Positions 20,608 to 31,626 of a stretch of 64,000 nt of DNA are shown here, piece by piece. A model generated the notes under the pieces. The model made no database searches. It was not told where the DNA came from and was given only the letters and a program-made list of their open reading frames with translations. Origin of the DNA: Nitrosopumilaceae archaeon (GTDB lineage: Archaea > Thermoproteota > Nitrososphaeria > Nitrososphaerales > Nitrosopumilaceae); contig CBDCCK010000002.1 in assembly GCA_965214835.1 (NCBI GenBank), forward strand, positions 1,600,001-1,664,000. Direction: 5' to 3'. Each line of letters starts with the position of its first letter. The stretch's first letter is position 1. The position numbers were made by a program, and so were the translations under genes.

Positions 20608-20750
20608 ACAACATGAATCAAAAAGAAACGAGGGCGATGATGAACCGCGTGCAACGTGACCATTCCGGCGATGGAATGATCTCTAGCTCGTCTGAGCCCT
20701 CATCTTTTGATTCTCATTGTTATATTTTAATTTTCAAGGTGGGTTGGGCA

Positions 20751-20967
20751 GTAAGAGTTTACCCCTCAGGCCAGCCAAGTGAAATGTAAACGGGATTGTT
20801 ATTTTTGTCCTGTCACTGGGCCTATTTGAGGCGCCGTGTTTCTTTCCCAGCTTTTGTTTTTGCTCGATTTTTCAGAACATTTCACCTAGCTGCAGGCTGC
20901 ACTGTTAGTCGGAGTCTTCATGATCACGTCTGCAACGTCGTATCTCGGGGGAGGGGTAAACTCTTAC
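20751..20967. mobile_element. MITE-E (217 bp, IS66-like GTAAG ends)
   Basis: Perfect 17-bp IR GTAAGAGTTTACCCCTC; no TSD visible. Confidence 0.7.
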
Positions 20968-21083
20968 CAAAAATTGATCTGTAGATTTTTAAGATCAATT
21001 GATCGCGTTTGTTTGTAAAGAAATTGACTGAACCATTGTATGAGTGTGGAAGTGTGCTTACGCCAAAAGGATGTGGGTAAATC

Positions 21084-22421
21084 ATAGCAACAAAAAACAA
21101 AAAATTCCGAGATCCAATACATGATTTTATTATTGCAACTCCAGAAGAGGTTGCCATTATTAACACCCCCATGTTTCAGAGAATGCATCATATCAAACAG
21201 CTAAGTCTTGGATACTACGTATATCACGGAGCAGAACATTCACGGTTTGGCCACATGATTGGATCAATGCATCTTGCAGGAAAGGCATTTAACTCAATGC
21301 AAACGAATTGTGAGCAGTTATTTGGAAAATTTGATGCGACAGAAGAGGATAAAAAAACGATCAGAATTGCTGCTCTTTTACACGACGTTGGCCATCCGCC
21401 ATTCTCGCACTCACTTGAAAATTTATTAGATGACAAACATGAGAAATATTCTCAAGCACTGGTGGATCATTACTTTGCAGATAAAATAAAAAAAGCAGGT
21501 GTGGAAATCGAGGATGTAAAAAATCTAATTGACGGTGCATATCCGTCAAGGACATACCTTAGCAAGATTGTTAGCGGACAGTTGGACGTAGACAGGCTAG
21601 ACTATCTGTTACGGGACTCCCATTATGCCGGTGTGACTTATGGAGTCTATGACTTGGGAAGAATAATTGAGCAGCTATGCGTGGTAGATGGAAAGTTTGT
21701 AGTACTGGAAGGAGGATATGAAGCCGTAGAGCAGCTAATTTTTGCAAGATACCAGATGTACCAGCAAGTCTATTTTCATAAAACAAAAATGGTTTTTGAA
21801 TTAATGCTAAGAGAGTGTGGTAAAATTCTTAAAGAGAAAGGATTGCTGGATATCCCAACGTTGGATGATTTACAAACAAGCAAAGGACAAAAAGAATTTC
21901 TCTTGCGTGATGACAGATGGTTTCTAAATAAAATCTACCAAGAGGACAATCCACAGGAGGCAAAGGTGATTGCAGATATGATCAAAAAACGATGTCCATA
22001 CTGGGAGACATACTCTCCAAGCAAGGATCGAAAACCATCATAAGAAGCAACCACTGGACCAGAAAATACTGTAAAGGCACTCAAACCGATCCAAACTGCT
22101 GTTTTGAAGAACCTCAACGATATTGATATACAAGATCATGAATTTCTGGTGGATCAAGCGGGTCGTTCCCCTTACAATTTAGAAATGAATTATTCTGTAG
22201 AAAGCGAAAGGGAAGAAGATCAAGAAGGTGACGGAAGTATCATGATTTATTATAAAAACAATAGATATTCTGAGCCAATTGAGAAAAGATCCCACGTGGT
22301 ACACGCACTGGCGACAAACAAGCCGTCAATGATGAGGGGTTTTGTCATTCCTTCCAAATACGATAAGGTTAGATCGTTTCTTAATAAAATGGGGTATGAA
22401 ATTCCACAACGTGAGGATTGA
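21084..22421 (+). pseudogene. HD-domain phosphohydrolase (YwfO/SAMHD1-like) with an in-frame TAA at 22041 and ATA in the start position
   Basis: RDPIH, FQR..HIKQL, HSRFGH, LLHDVGHPPFSH, LDVDRLDYLLRD, VYFHK; 22104-22421 continues in the same frame. Confidence 0.85.
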
Positions 22422-22491
22422 ATAGTATTATAACCATCACTTATTATATGAAAATACATGACTAGAGGTTCTATGACGGAGGTGGCCGGAT

Positions 22492-23070
22492 ATGGGTTAT
22501 GAGCAGTTTACGAATGAGGACATAGTTTTGCTGTTGATCAAAAAAGCGACTCAATATCAGGGAACAGACCAGAGAGGAATCCGTGGCAAAAAGGCACTTC
22601 AAAAGAGCCTTTATTTTCTTAACCAAAGGAATCCTCTTTTTAATTTTCGGTGGGCCGACTATGGCCCATTTTGTGGAGAAATTCAGCAAATTGCCGAAGA
22701 CTTGATAGAAGGCGGCAGTGTTGAGGTGTCAGAAATTCCAACTAAAAAGAAAGGTGCCGTAATAAAAAACATGACGTTTTCTGGAGAAAGATCTTCTGAG
22801 ATTGACATTCCTTCTGAAATTGAAGACGATATGGATTCCATCGTAAAGTTTGTGGCAGGCAAAAGCCCCAGGCGTTTGGAATTACTAGCGTCGGTGCATT
22901 TTTGGGCCCTAAAACAGCTGGTTGTATCAGATGGTTATTCCAGCGAGTATGTCTTTGAAAAGTTAATGGATCTAAAGCCAGATGCAGGTTTTACTCGCAG
23001 TGATGTAAAACAGGCCATAGAAACACTAGAGATGCACGAATACCTAGACAAAGCTAGTGTTTTGGCATAA
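22492..23070 (+). CDS. YwgA / DUF4065 (Panacea/SocA)-like protein
   Basis: GKKALQKSLYFL...FRWADYGPF...LELLAS. Confidence 0.75.
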   Translation: MGYEQFTNEDIVLLLIKKATQYQGTDQRGIRGKKALQKSLYFLNQRNPLFNFRWADYGPFCGEIQQIAEDLIEGGSVEVSEIPTKKKGAVIKNMTFSGERSSEIDIPSEIEDDMDSIVKFVAGKSPRRLELLASVHFWALKQLVVSDGYSSEYVFEKLMDLKPDAGFTRSDVKQAIETLEMHEYLDKASVLA

Positions 23071-23171
23071 GTGAATTCATTCACGTCATATAGCAACGGT
23101 CACAAGTAATTGAGGGCCTTGACCGGCGATCTGTAAATGTACCTGCACATGCAAAGGCGGGCAAACGACAC

Positions 23172-23264
23172 GTACGAGATCACCTACCATCATCAGTTAG
23201 GCATGAATTAGCATGAATGATTGTGATCTTCGTGCTTAGCTAGCAAGGGGACGTGACCACATAC
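23172..23264 (-). mobile_element. MITE-A copy
   Basis: GTACGAGATCAC...GTGACCACATAC. Confidence 0.85.
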
Positions 23265-24025
23265 AACGTAGTATCTATCCTAACCATTTGTTCATCTTTA
23301 CCACCTTGATCTCGCCCCTGCGCAGCATGGCCCGTAAGGATTTCTGCATTCCGCCGACGGTCTTGTAAAGGCAGTTTGCAACTGCCTTTTTACACCCGCG
23401 CCACTGCCCTTCTGAGTTATTCAGCTCCGGCGTGTATGGCGGCAGGTACTTTATCACCACATCTTTTTTCCACTTGGCCATCTTTCTCTTGAGTTCTGCT
23501 GACTTGTGGTACGATGCGTTGTCTACAAACAGCAGCACCCTGCCGTACTTGCAACGTAGCGTCTTGAGAAAATCAAAAAACGTACCCGTGTTGGCCTTGT
23601 CATAAAAGAGACAGTCAAAGCCGTTCTTTGAGAGGGCCCCTATGGCATAGAACCTCTTTCTTGACAGGCTGACCGGCGTGTAGACCGGCTCCCCTACCGG
23701 GTACCAGCTGTTCTTGACGTTCCACCCGAGGATGAACAGGGCCTCGTTCCCTATCATTACCGTATACCCCCTCTCGGTGTAATACCCCACGTACCGCCTG
23801 GCCTTCTCTTTGAACTCCCTTTTCTCGTCTTCTGTGGCTGATTTTGGGTGTTTTGGGCCCCCGTAGTCAATTCATAAAAAAACGAACAATTTTGACAACT
23901 GCTTTTGATCCAAACATTAAGATCAGGCAAACCATCGCACATGCATGGGAAAACAGGCAGAATTTGTGGCATCTAGGGACAAATTCCTGGGCAAGCAAAG
24001 CACTCACGCCTTTGCAAGGCGTACT

Positions 24026-24146
24026 AGACCCGACAGTATGGAACACGACAGTTGTTGCTGCTGCAGTTAATTCGTGCATGTGGAGTTTGACATACTGCCA
24101 CACAAGACCCGACAGTATGGAACACGACAGTTGTTGCTGCTGCAGT
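24026..24146. repeat. 42-bp exact direct repeat, 2 copies, period 79
   Basis: AGACCCGACAGTATGGAACACGACAGTTGTTGCTGCTGCAGT at 24026 and 24105. Confidence 0.85.
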
Positions 24147-24148
24147 AG

Positions 24149-25216
24149 TCAGCCCATCAAATATCGGAACATCTTTACCGGTAGGATCTCTCCGCTGGTA
24201 AACAGATTCCGCACGGACTGCTCCATCTCATCAAGCGTATCAAACACCTTGGCAGACAGCCTCCGCTTTATCTCCCTCCACTGTATCTCTACAGGATTGA
24301 GCTCCGGCGTGGACGGCGGCAGGTACTCCAGTATTATCTCGCCCTTGTACTTTTCCAGCGTCTCCCTTACGCCGACAGACTTGTGGTATGACGCATTATC
24401 CAGGAATATCAACACCTTTCCGTACTTTTCGTGCACATTTTCCAAAAAGTCGCAAAAGCTGTCGGTGTTGGTCTTGTCATAGAACATATAGTAGAATATG
24501 TTAACTGCCAGCACGCCGAACATGTACCGGCGCTGCCGTGACAGCGTCAAGGGCGCCGTGACGCTCATGCCGCGCCTGATCCACCCGTGTTTGGGGCTGT
24601 TTGAGGTCTTTTGTATGGATGACTCGTCTTCTGCCAGTACCGTATACCCTTGCGCCTCCTTTTCCCGTATCAGCTCCTGGGATGCCTCCTTGAACTCGTT
24701 CTGCTTTTGTTTTGAGACGGCCTTTGGGTTCTTGGGCCTCGGCTTCCTCCATGAGAACCCAAGCTCGCGTGCCAGCAGCCGCGTGCCGCTCTTGCTGTAT
24801 TCTATGCCGAACTTCTTTTTGATGTGCCGTCTCATCAGGCCCGAGTCCCACAGGCTGCTCTCAAAACCGCACTCCTCGGATCCTGACTTGAGATCCGCCG
24901 CAAGCTGTTTCAGCTGCGACTCACTCAGCTTGTGCTTGCGTCCCCTGCCTGGCCGCTCGTGCCTTGCACGTATTCCCTCGTCCTGTGCGCGGATGAGCCA
25001 CTTGGATATGGTGGAATGTGCCCGGTCGAGGTTCTTTGCTATCTGTTCCACACCGAGGTCGTCCTTGCGCTGCATGTATGCAAGCAGCCTGTCGCGCTTT
25101 CTCTTGTCTGTCTCCTTTTTGTATGCCTTGTGCAGGTAGGAGCGTGACGTATTTGGCAGGAATTTGCTCCCTGATGCTACGAATTCCTTTCTCTGTCTGT
25201 CCATGCATATGCGCAT
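24149..25216 (-). CDS. IS630 transposase (apparently intact; element about 24146-25287)
   Basis: HTH, EDES, LDNASYH, SxPELNPVE; TAGTCA...TGACTA ends. Confidence 0.88.
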   Translation of the reverse strand: MRICMDRQRKEFVASGSKFLPNTSRSYLHKAYKKETDKRKRDRLLAYMQRKDDLGVEQIAKNLDRAHSTISKWLIRAQDEGIRARHERPGRGRKHKLSESQLKQLAADLKSGSEECGFESSLWDSGLMRRHIKKKFGIEYSKSGTRLLARELGFSWRKPRPKNPKAVSKQKQNEFKEASQELIREKEAQGYTVLAEDESSIQKTSNSPKHGWIRRGMSVTAPLTLSRQRRYMFGVLAVNIFYYMFYDKTNTDSFCDFLENVHEKYGKVLIFLDNASYHKSVGVRETLEKYKGEIILEYLPPSTPELNPVEIQWREIKRRLSAKVFDTLDEMEQSVRNLFTSGEILPVKMFRYLMG

Positions 25217-25976
25217 TCCTTGCCTGATCTTAATGTTTGGATCAAAAATAGTTGTCAAAATTGTTCTTTTTTTTATATATTGACTACGGCTTTCTGCATG
25301 AAAAGCCGATCCTGTGCAGTATCTTGTATACGCTGGAGACGGCATAGCCTACCTTGTATTTCTTTTTGATGTGCACTGCAAGCAGCGGTGCGGTCCACAC
25401 CTCCGACTCTCCGCAGCTGCGCGGGCCCGCAATCAGGTCGGCGCGCACCTGCTTGAGCTGCATGGACAAGGACGGCAAGGTGCCACTGTTTGTCGACCCC
25501 GCAATCAGGTCGGCGCGCACCTGCTTGAGCTGCCCTGCATCCAGCCACATCTTGGTGCCGGGCCTCTTGATGTCGTACCTGCCCTGTATGCCAAGCTGCA
25601 TGGCCCGTATCAGCCAGTCGCGTATCGTAGAGTACCCCCGGCCGAGCTGCCTGGCTATCTGGCGTATCGAGTCGCCTTTTTTGCGCCGTATGTAGGCCAT
25701 CAGCCTGGCTGCGGCCTTGGAGTCGGTCTCATTTTTGTACCTCTCAAGGAGGGACGGGGCCGAGACGTTGGGAAGAAACTTGCCCCCTATTGGTATCATC
25801 GAGTCGTCTGGTTTCATGCGTATTGTTACGTTGTACCGGATCTTAGATCCTTTGGTGAAAATTTCTTGTCCTTTTTGTGATTGGTTACTACGCATAGTTA
25901 CTATACCTCGTAATCGCGGCAGGTTTACGCACGAGGCTGGCAATACTCTTAATATCCTTGGCAACGATGGTACATC

Positions 25977-26189
25977 ATGAGCTCCACAATACAGAAAAAG
26001 ACCTACACCATCATCATAACGCCTGATGAAGTCGACGGGGGTTTTGTCGGTAGGTGCGACGAACTGCATGCCAATTCACAGGGAGAAACATATGGGGAGA
26101 TCATAGAGAACATGAAGGAGGCAGTAGAGGCTTCAATAGATGATGGTACAACCGACTTTAACATGTTGATTGTTCAGGATCACAATTGA
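25977..26189 (+). CDS. HicB-family antitoxin
   Basis: YTIIITPDEVDGGFVGRCDEL.ANSQGET..E...NMKEA. Confidence 0.85.
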   Translation: MSSTIQKKTYTIIITPDEVDGGFVGRCDELHANSQGETYGEIIENMKEAVEASIDDGTTDFNMLIVQDHN

Positions 26190-26503
26190 CTAAGATTCCT
26201 AGGGTCTCAGGTAACGCAATGATAAGATATCTAACCAAGAAAAGGTTTGCCGTATTATAGCAACGAGCAGAAATAATTGAGGTTTTTTACGTGTAGTTAT
26301 GGCCTACTTTGACTCAAAGACTTCTGCCCGTTGCTATAAGGCAGAGGGGAAGCCACGTAAGATTGCGAAGGGAAGACATGTTCACAACCATTGGTGTGGG
26401 AAACAACCCGCTAAAGATTGGAACGCTTATGGGAGTGTTAAACGACATAAGGATTGACAGAGACGAGTTCATCAGGGATCATAGTAACGGACTCGTAAAA
26501 TAG
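26186..26503 (+). pseudogene. HicA toxin interrupted by MITE-F
   Basis: Excising the MITE restores MTKIPRVSG...FAVLRQRGSHVRL...LKIGTL. Confidence 0.85.
26256..26338. mobile_element. MITE-F (IS630-type, TA duplication)
   Basis: TATAGCAACGAGCAGAA / TTCTGCCCGTTGCTATA; a related end lies at about 23088. Confidence 0.85.
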
Positions 26504-26618
26504 ACGGCCTGGGATGAGTGCTTGGCACGGGTGATTTTTCCCACGCGGACAGGTAATAGGCCCAATCTATTCTGCCAAACATATGCACGGAAATAGAAAC
26601 TCTGCAAGCAGATAATAC

Positions 26619-27539
26619 TTGAGCATGTCAAAACAGCGAAGCACAGCACTATTTGAGGAATCCATTAAATCAAAATACACCAAAAAGAACTATGCATCTC
26701 ACCTGAACCAGCTCATAAAGTACGTGGGAATGGATTCCATCGATCAACTGCTGTCAGTCCCACATTCGGAGCTGCAGCACATGCTGGAGAATTACCTCAT
26801 AGAGCTAAAACAGACGACAAATCCCAACTCAGTACCGTCAAGGTTCCAGGGAATCAGGCATTTCTGCATTATGAACGAGATCAATCTCAACTGGGACATA
26901 ATACGCAAGATGTTTCCACAAAAACAAAAGGCCCACAGTTTGAGGGCATACACCGCAAGTGAGGTAAGGGAGATGCTGTCCAGTGCAGCAAGCTTAAGGG
27001 ACAAGGCGATAATCCACTTTCTTGCGTCAACCGGCTCAAGGGTTGGGGTATTTGATCATGTTCTCTCTGTCAGGCACATGCGTAAAATGCCGCATGGCTG
27101 CACGGCCGTGTTGCTTTATGCAGGAGACATCGAGGAGTACTGGGCGTTTCTCACGCCGCAGGCATCAAGTGCACTAAAAACGTATCACGACTATCGCAGG
27201 CGCGGCGGCGAGGTGTTTTGCAAAGACACACCGGTTTTTGCAACACGTAGATTCCCGCCAAAACAGCTTGGCTGGAGCGGTGTCAGATCGGTAGTATACA
27301 GAACAATATCGAAAAGCAAGATAGTCAGAGACAAGCACGGAGATCGCTATGATGTGCAGGCAGATCATGGATTCAGGAAGAGGTTCAACACAATCCTAAA
27401 GCTGGACAACGCAATAAACTATAACGTTGCAGAAAAACTCATGGGACATAAAAACGGCCTTGACGGGGTGTATTTTACACTTACACTTGAAGAGCTGCTT
27501 GCGGAGTTTAGAAAAGTAATGCACAAAGTCAAGGTCTAG
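26619..27539 (+). CDS. Tyrosine recombinase/integrase
   Basis: STGSRVG (R), HGFRK (HxxR), LMGH, GVY (Y). Confidence 0.9.
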   Translation: MSMSKQRSTALFEESIKSKYTKKNYASHLNQLIKYVGMDSIDQLLSVPHSELQHMLENYLIELKQTTNPNSVPSRFQGIRHFCIMNEINLNWDIIRKMFPQKQKAHSLRAYTASEVREMLSSAASLRDKAIIHFLASTGSRVGVFDHVLSVRHMRKMPHGCTAVLLYAGDIEEYWAFLTPQASSALKTYHDYRRRGGEVFCKDTPVFATRRFPPKQLGWSGVRSVVYRTISKSKIVRDKHGDRYDVQADHGFRKRFNTILKLDNAINYNVAEKLMGHKNGLDGVYFTLTLEELLAEFRKVMHKVKV

Positions 27540-27614
27540 AATCACGACACGGCTTCTGGTTGCAGGATGTATATGCGACATCTAACCGCATGCACGGAGA
27601 ACAGTGTCTTCGGC

Positions 27615-29796
27615 CTAGGACTCAATGCCAAGATAGCGGGTCGAGTTTTCCTGCAACATCGAGGAAAGCTCGTCATATGGCATCCCAAGCGCCTTTGATG
27701 CGCAGAACACCACGCTTGGGATGACAGTACTTCCTAGATGTACTTTTGCAGACCCGACACGGCACCTCCGCTACTTTCCGCGATCGTTTACAAACGAGTC
27801 GGCCGCATCGACAATGCACGCGACAAACAGCATCATGGTAAACCCCTTCCCTCCTGCAAATCCGTCCCACTTGGATTCCACGTCTATGAACACGGCAGTC
27901 CTCCACAGGTTGTACAGTATGACAGACATATAGAACAGCAGCAGCCTGACGACCGGGGAATTGCTGCACGTCTTGCCCATTATCCCCTTGATCACCCTGA
28001 ACCCGGTCTCGATTCCCCACCGACTGCGGTACTCCTCCGGTATCTGCTCAATGACTGCCTCTGCACTTTTAGCAGACATGTTGGTGGCAAAGACCAGATA
28101 CCTGTCGGCTATGGTCTCTTCTGCCTTGTCCTTCTTTGCTGCTGCCGTGCCGTCCTTTTCTACCTCGTCCTTTTCCACAATGACTAGCCTGAATGTGGCG
28201 CTCTTGCCGTCCTTGTTGGTCATTGTATATTTTGATACCGCACCGCGTTCTCCGCGGTCATGCTCCTCTATTGCCGCCACTATCCTCCTGTTCTTGACGG
28301 CAGGCATGATGTAGCTGCCCGTGCTTGTTTCTGCAGCCCTCATGCAGTCCACGTTAAAGAACCCGCGGTCATACAGGAACGTCTTGATCCTCATCCCTGA
28401 TCTGGACGCCTTGCGGATCATTTTAGGCACGAAATCGGCCAGTTTTGCCTCTTTTGGAAGCTGCAGCGAGGAAAGCACGAGGTCAGACCCGTCATCTGAT
28501 CCTATTCCGTGCATGGTAATGTGCGAGAGAAACGTCGACGTGCCGTTCTTGGGCTTTGACTTTCTGGCGATATCCTCCAGGCCCTTGCCATAGTATTCCA
28601 CGTCGGTAACGTCCACTGCCACGACGTCCGTGTTGTGCAGCATGCCTGACCTGCGGGCGCACCTTACCGTATGCTGCAGCATGGAGCTGCACCACTTTTG
28701 CGCATCATCCAGGCTGACGCCCCGGATCGCCTTTAGGATCCAGTCCGGACTAGGCGTACGGCAACTATACGCGCCGCCCTTGGAGGCAGCCCCGTCGTCA
28801 TGCTGCTGCCTGCTGCATTTTGAGGCCCGCCTGCGAAGGTGCGTCACGGCAGATTCTGCAAACATCCTCCTCTCAGACATGAAATATAGAACGCGCAGTG
28901 CGTCGATGTGGTCATACACTGCGTTGCGACTCTTTGAGACGGCCAGCCCGAGCTTGGGAAACCGCCGTCGCAATGTTTTAAACTGTCTCGATGTTATGTC
29001 AAACTGGTGTGCAAACACGTCGTTTTGTGTTACTGACATGATGATGGTTGGCACACCGCCTGATCTATAGTGTGATGGTCAAAAAATCTCGGCAAATTGC
29101 GTAATTATCGTGCCTGCAAAAGTACATCGAGGAACTACTGATGAAGCTGATCTGCGCAGGCTTGCGCTCAAAGCACCTTGAAAAGGGGACCGGGCCGTCG
29201 GTCTCGACTAGGATCCTTTCAGGGTCTGCCTTTTTCAGCAGGGCCTGCTTGTCGCCTGCATACACCGTCACGGGTCCAAAGGAGACATGGCAATCAAGGT
29301 CCATTGCCTGCCGCAGCTGCCTTTTGCTGCCATCAAACCAGTGAAGCATCTTTCCCCGAACGGTATATGACGGAAGAACCCCGTAAACCTCCTCCAGTGA
29401 CCCCCGGGAGTGAATCGATACTGGCTTGCCGTATTTTTCTGCCAGGGAAAGCAGCGTCTCAAAGACCAGCATCTGCCTCCTCGAGTCCGACTCCGAGCCC
29501 GCATACGCAGGATCCAGCCCGATCTCCCCGATCCCAGAAATGCCGTCATGATGCAGGTGTATCTTCGATTCCATAGAGCCCAGATCATCGCCGGCCATCT
29601 CTGGGTGGATGCCTATGAACGGCAGCACCAGGCCGCTTTTTTTGGCAAGACCCAGCGTCTGCAGGGAGGTTTGATTGTCCACCGAGACACAGCAGGCCTT
29701 GATCCGCATCCTTTCCATGCCTGCCAGGATAAAGGCCATGTCCTGCGCATATGCGGGATCAGACAGGTGGATGTGGGCGTCAAACTGCCAGGCCAT
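27615..29796 (-). pseudogene. tatD: TatD DNase interrupted near its 3' end by ISH3
   Basis: DAHIH, GIHP, GEIGLD, ETDGP; tail IPSVVFCASKALG...YLGIES* resumes at 27724. Confidence 0.88.
27725..29140 (-). mobile_element. ISH3-family element, transposase at 27771-29054
   Basis: TIR CAGTA(C)TTCCT...GATGTACTTTTGCAG; 4-bp TSD ATGA; YDRGF and YRSRWGIETGF motifs. Confidence 0.9.
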
Positions 29797-29900
29797 GGTA
29801 CAGATGGGGATCGCCCCCTAAAATAGTCTGTATTAATCGATCCCTTTGTGGTATTTTTTTACTCAGTACGTTTTATCCCCAAAACGGAAGGCATCAGGCA

Positions 29901-30122
29901 ATGAAGTCGTCTGAGCTCGGGCTGTCTGCGATGTACAGGATTCTCAAAAAGGCAGGCGCAAGCAGGGTGAGCGACGAGTCCGCAGACGAGCTGAGGAGGG
30001 TAATCGAGGAGGTCGCCTCCGGAATAGCCAAAAACGCAGTAGAGATGTTGACCCACGCAGGCAGAAAGACCGTCAAGGCAGAAGACGTAAAGCTGGCCTC
30101 AAAGTCGTTTTTGAAGACATAG
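29901..30122 (+). CDS. Archaeal histone
   Basis: RILKKAGASRVS...HAGRKTVKAEDV. Confidence 0.93.
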   Translation: MKSSELGLSAMYRILKKAGASRVSDESADELRRVIEEVASGIAKNAVEMLTHAGRKTVKAEDVKLASKSFLKT

Positions 30123-30457
30123 TCCGGGGTTTCATGGATGTGGGGTTTTTTGAACCAGCACGCAACCATCTGCGCCACATATGCGGCCGGGCCGTGCACC
30201 AGATTCCCTACGGGGTCTTGCTCATCATCAGCTGTCCAAATGTGCCAAAATCAACGACAGGGGCCGGGCAGAAGATATGATACCTCAGATCATGCCCAAT
30301 AACAAGACAAAGGCAGCAATCTCACTCACATTTTGCTTGGATGCTCAAATTAGACCCCCTGCGCATGTCGCCTCATGCACCGCCGTGAACCGGGCACCTC
30401 TGGAAAGGCTGCACATCTAGGAATATTGATATTTGACGCTTGTTTTTTCTTAGTAAA

Positions 30458-31624
30458 ATGGCTCGGCAGACAATCTTGGTTAAAACAAATCCAAAAGTGG
30501 TAAGATGGATCATAGATGACAGCGGGCTAGATGTTGCGGAGCTGGCAGAAAAGATCAAGGTTGCAGAGTCCGATGTTGAGAGATGGATGGCCAGCAATGT
30601 TGAAATCGAAATGAAGAAACTGGAAAAGCTCTCAAGGGTTTTAAAACGTCCACTGGCCACGTTCTTTTTGCCAGAGCCTCCCAAGGAGTCAAGGATACCT
30701 GACTATCGAAGGCTGCCGGGCCAGGAAGAGATCCGGCTTTCACCGGATACGCGCGCGAAGATCCGAGATGCGCGTCACCTGCAGGAGATCGCAGAAGATC
30801 TTATGAAGGCACAAGGGATGGACGCGGAACCCAGGGTAGCTGCAGTCACCGCCCAGTCATCGCCCGAGAGGATCGCAGAAACAGAACGCAGAAAACTGGG
30901 ACTTGAATCAGGCGCACTATCCATGCCGGAGGCAAAAACCCCTAGAGAGATCTACAACGCGCTAAGGCAGACGATCGAGTCCTTGAACATATTTGTCTTC
31001 CAAGCAAGCATGCAGATAGAGGAGGTTCGCGCAATAGCACTATCCGACAGGCTTCCCATGGTGATAGTTGTCAGTTCAAAGGACATTGTAGAGGCAAGGA
31101 TATTTTCACTGCTGCACGAATACGGCCACGTCCTGCTAAGGAAGGATGGAATGTGCATTCCCCAGACAGTGTACGAAAGTGGATCCTATGATGATCTCCA
31201 GCGCATAGAGGCGTGGTGCAACAGTTTTGCCGCCTCGGTTCTCATGCCAGATGGACCACTCCTAAAGGAATGCCGCAGGCTGGAAGAGCGCGGATTCGAA
31301 AAGGAGGAAATCATCTACAGGCTGGCAGCCAAGTTCAAGGTAAGTAGGCAGGCGGCTGCTGTCAGGCTAAGAAACCTTGGAAAAGATGATCCTGCATCCG
31401 GTTACGGCCTACTTCAGAAGATCAAAAACAGCGAAACTAGGCGATCCGCAAAAAACACGGGCGGCGTGGAAAGAACCCGCCTGTGCATCAGCAGCAAGGG
31501 AAGGAAGTTCATTTCACTGGTTTTGGAATCCGAAGTTAGGGATATAATCCACATCAGCGATGTTGCCGACCATCTTGGGATCAAGTTAAAGCATTTGAAA
31601 AAACTCGAGGAACAGGCGCTCTAA
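30458..31624 (+). CDS. XRE-HTH + ImmA/IrrE metallopeptidase
   Basis: N-terminal HTH; FSLLHEYGH; E.WCNSFAASVLMP. Confidence 0.88.
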   Translation: MARQTILVKTNPKVVRWIIDDSGLDVAELAEKIKVAESDVERWMASNVEIEMKKLEKLSRVLKRPLATFFLPEPPKESRIPDYRRLPGQEEIRLSPDTRAKIRDARHLQEIAEDLMKAQGMDAEPRVAAVTAQSSPERIAETERRKLGLESGALSMPEAKTPREIYNALRQTIESLNIFVFQASMQIEEVRAIALSDRLPMVIVVSSKDIVEARIFSLLHEYGHVLLRKDGMCIPQTVYESGSYDDLQRIEAWCNSFAASVLMPDGPLLKECRRLEERGFEKEEIIYRLAAKFKVSRQAAAVRLRNLGKDDPASGYGLLQKIKNSETRRSAKNTGGVERTRLCISSKGRKFISLVLESEVRDIIHISDVADHLGIKLKHLKKLEEQAL

Positions 31625-31626
31625 AA

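Larger units (their letters stand above)
23275..25860 (-). mobile_element. IS630 element split by a nested IS630-derived insertion (23864-25287)
   Basis: N-half ends GFSCRKP at 25288; C-half resumes PKHPKSA at about 23860 with DNASYH and PYTPELN. Confidence 0.8.

Noticed and set aside
22041-22043. Programmed readthrough or recoding of in-frame stops (also 34414)
   Set aside because: Core genes use the standard code; the stops occur only in decaying accessory genes.
24026-24146. Two 42-bp repeats with a 37-bp spacer as a mini-CRISPR
   Set aside because: Only two units, no leader, no cas genes, no typical repeat end; embedded in IS debris.
16480-27615. attL/attR pair bounding the island
   Set aside because: No direct repeat or tRNA fragment found by eye at either edge.
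30212-30359. GGGGTCT...AGACCCC as Tn3- or casposon-like ends
   Set aside because: Only 7 bp match, no TSD, no cognate transposase or Cas1.
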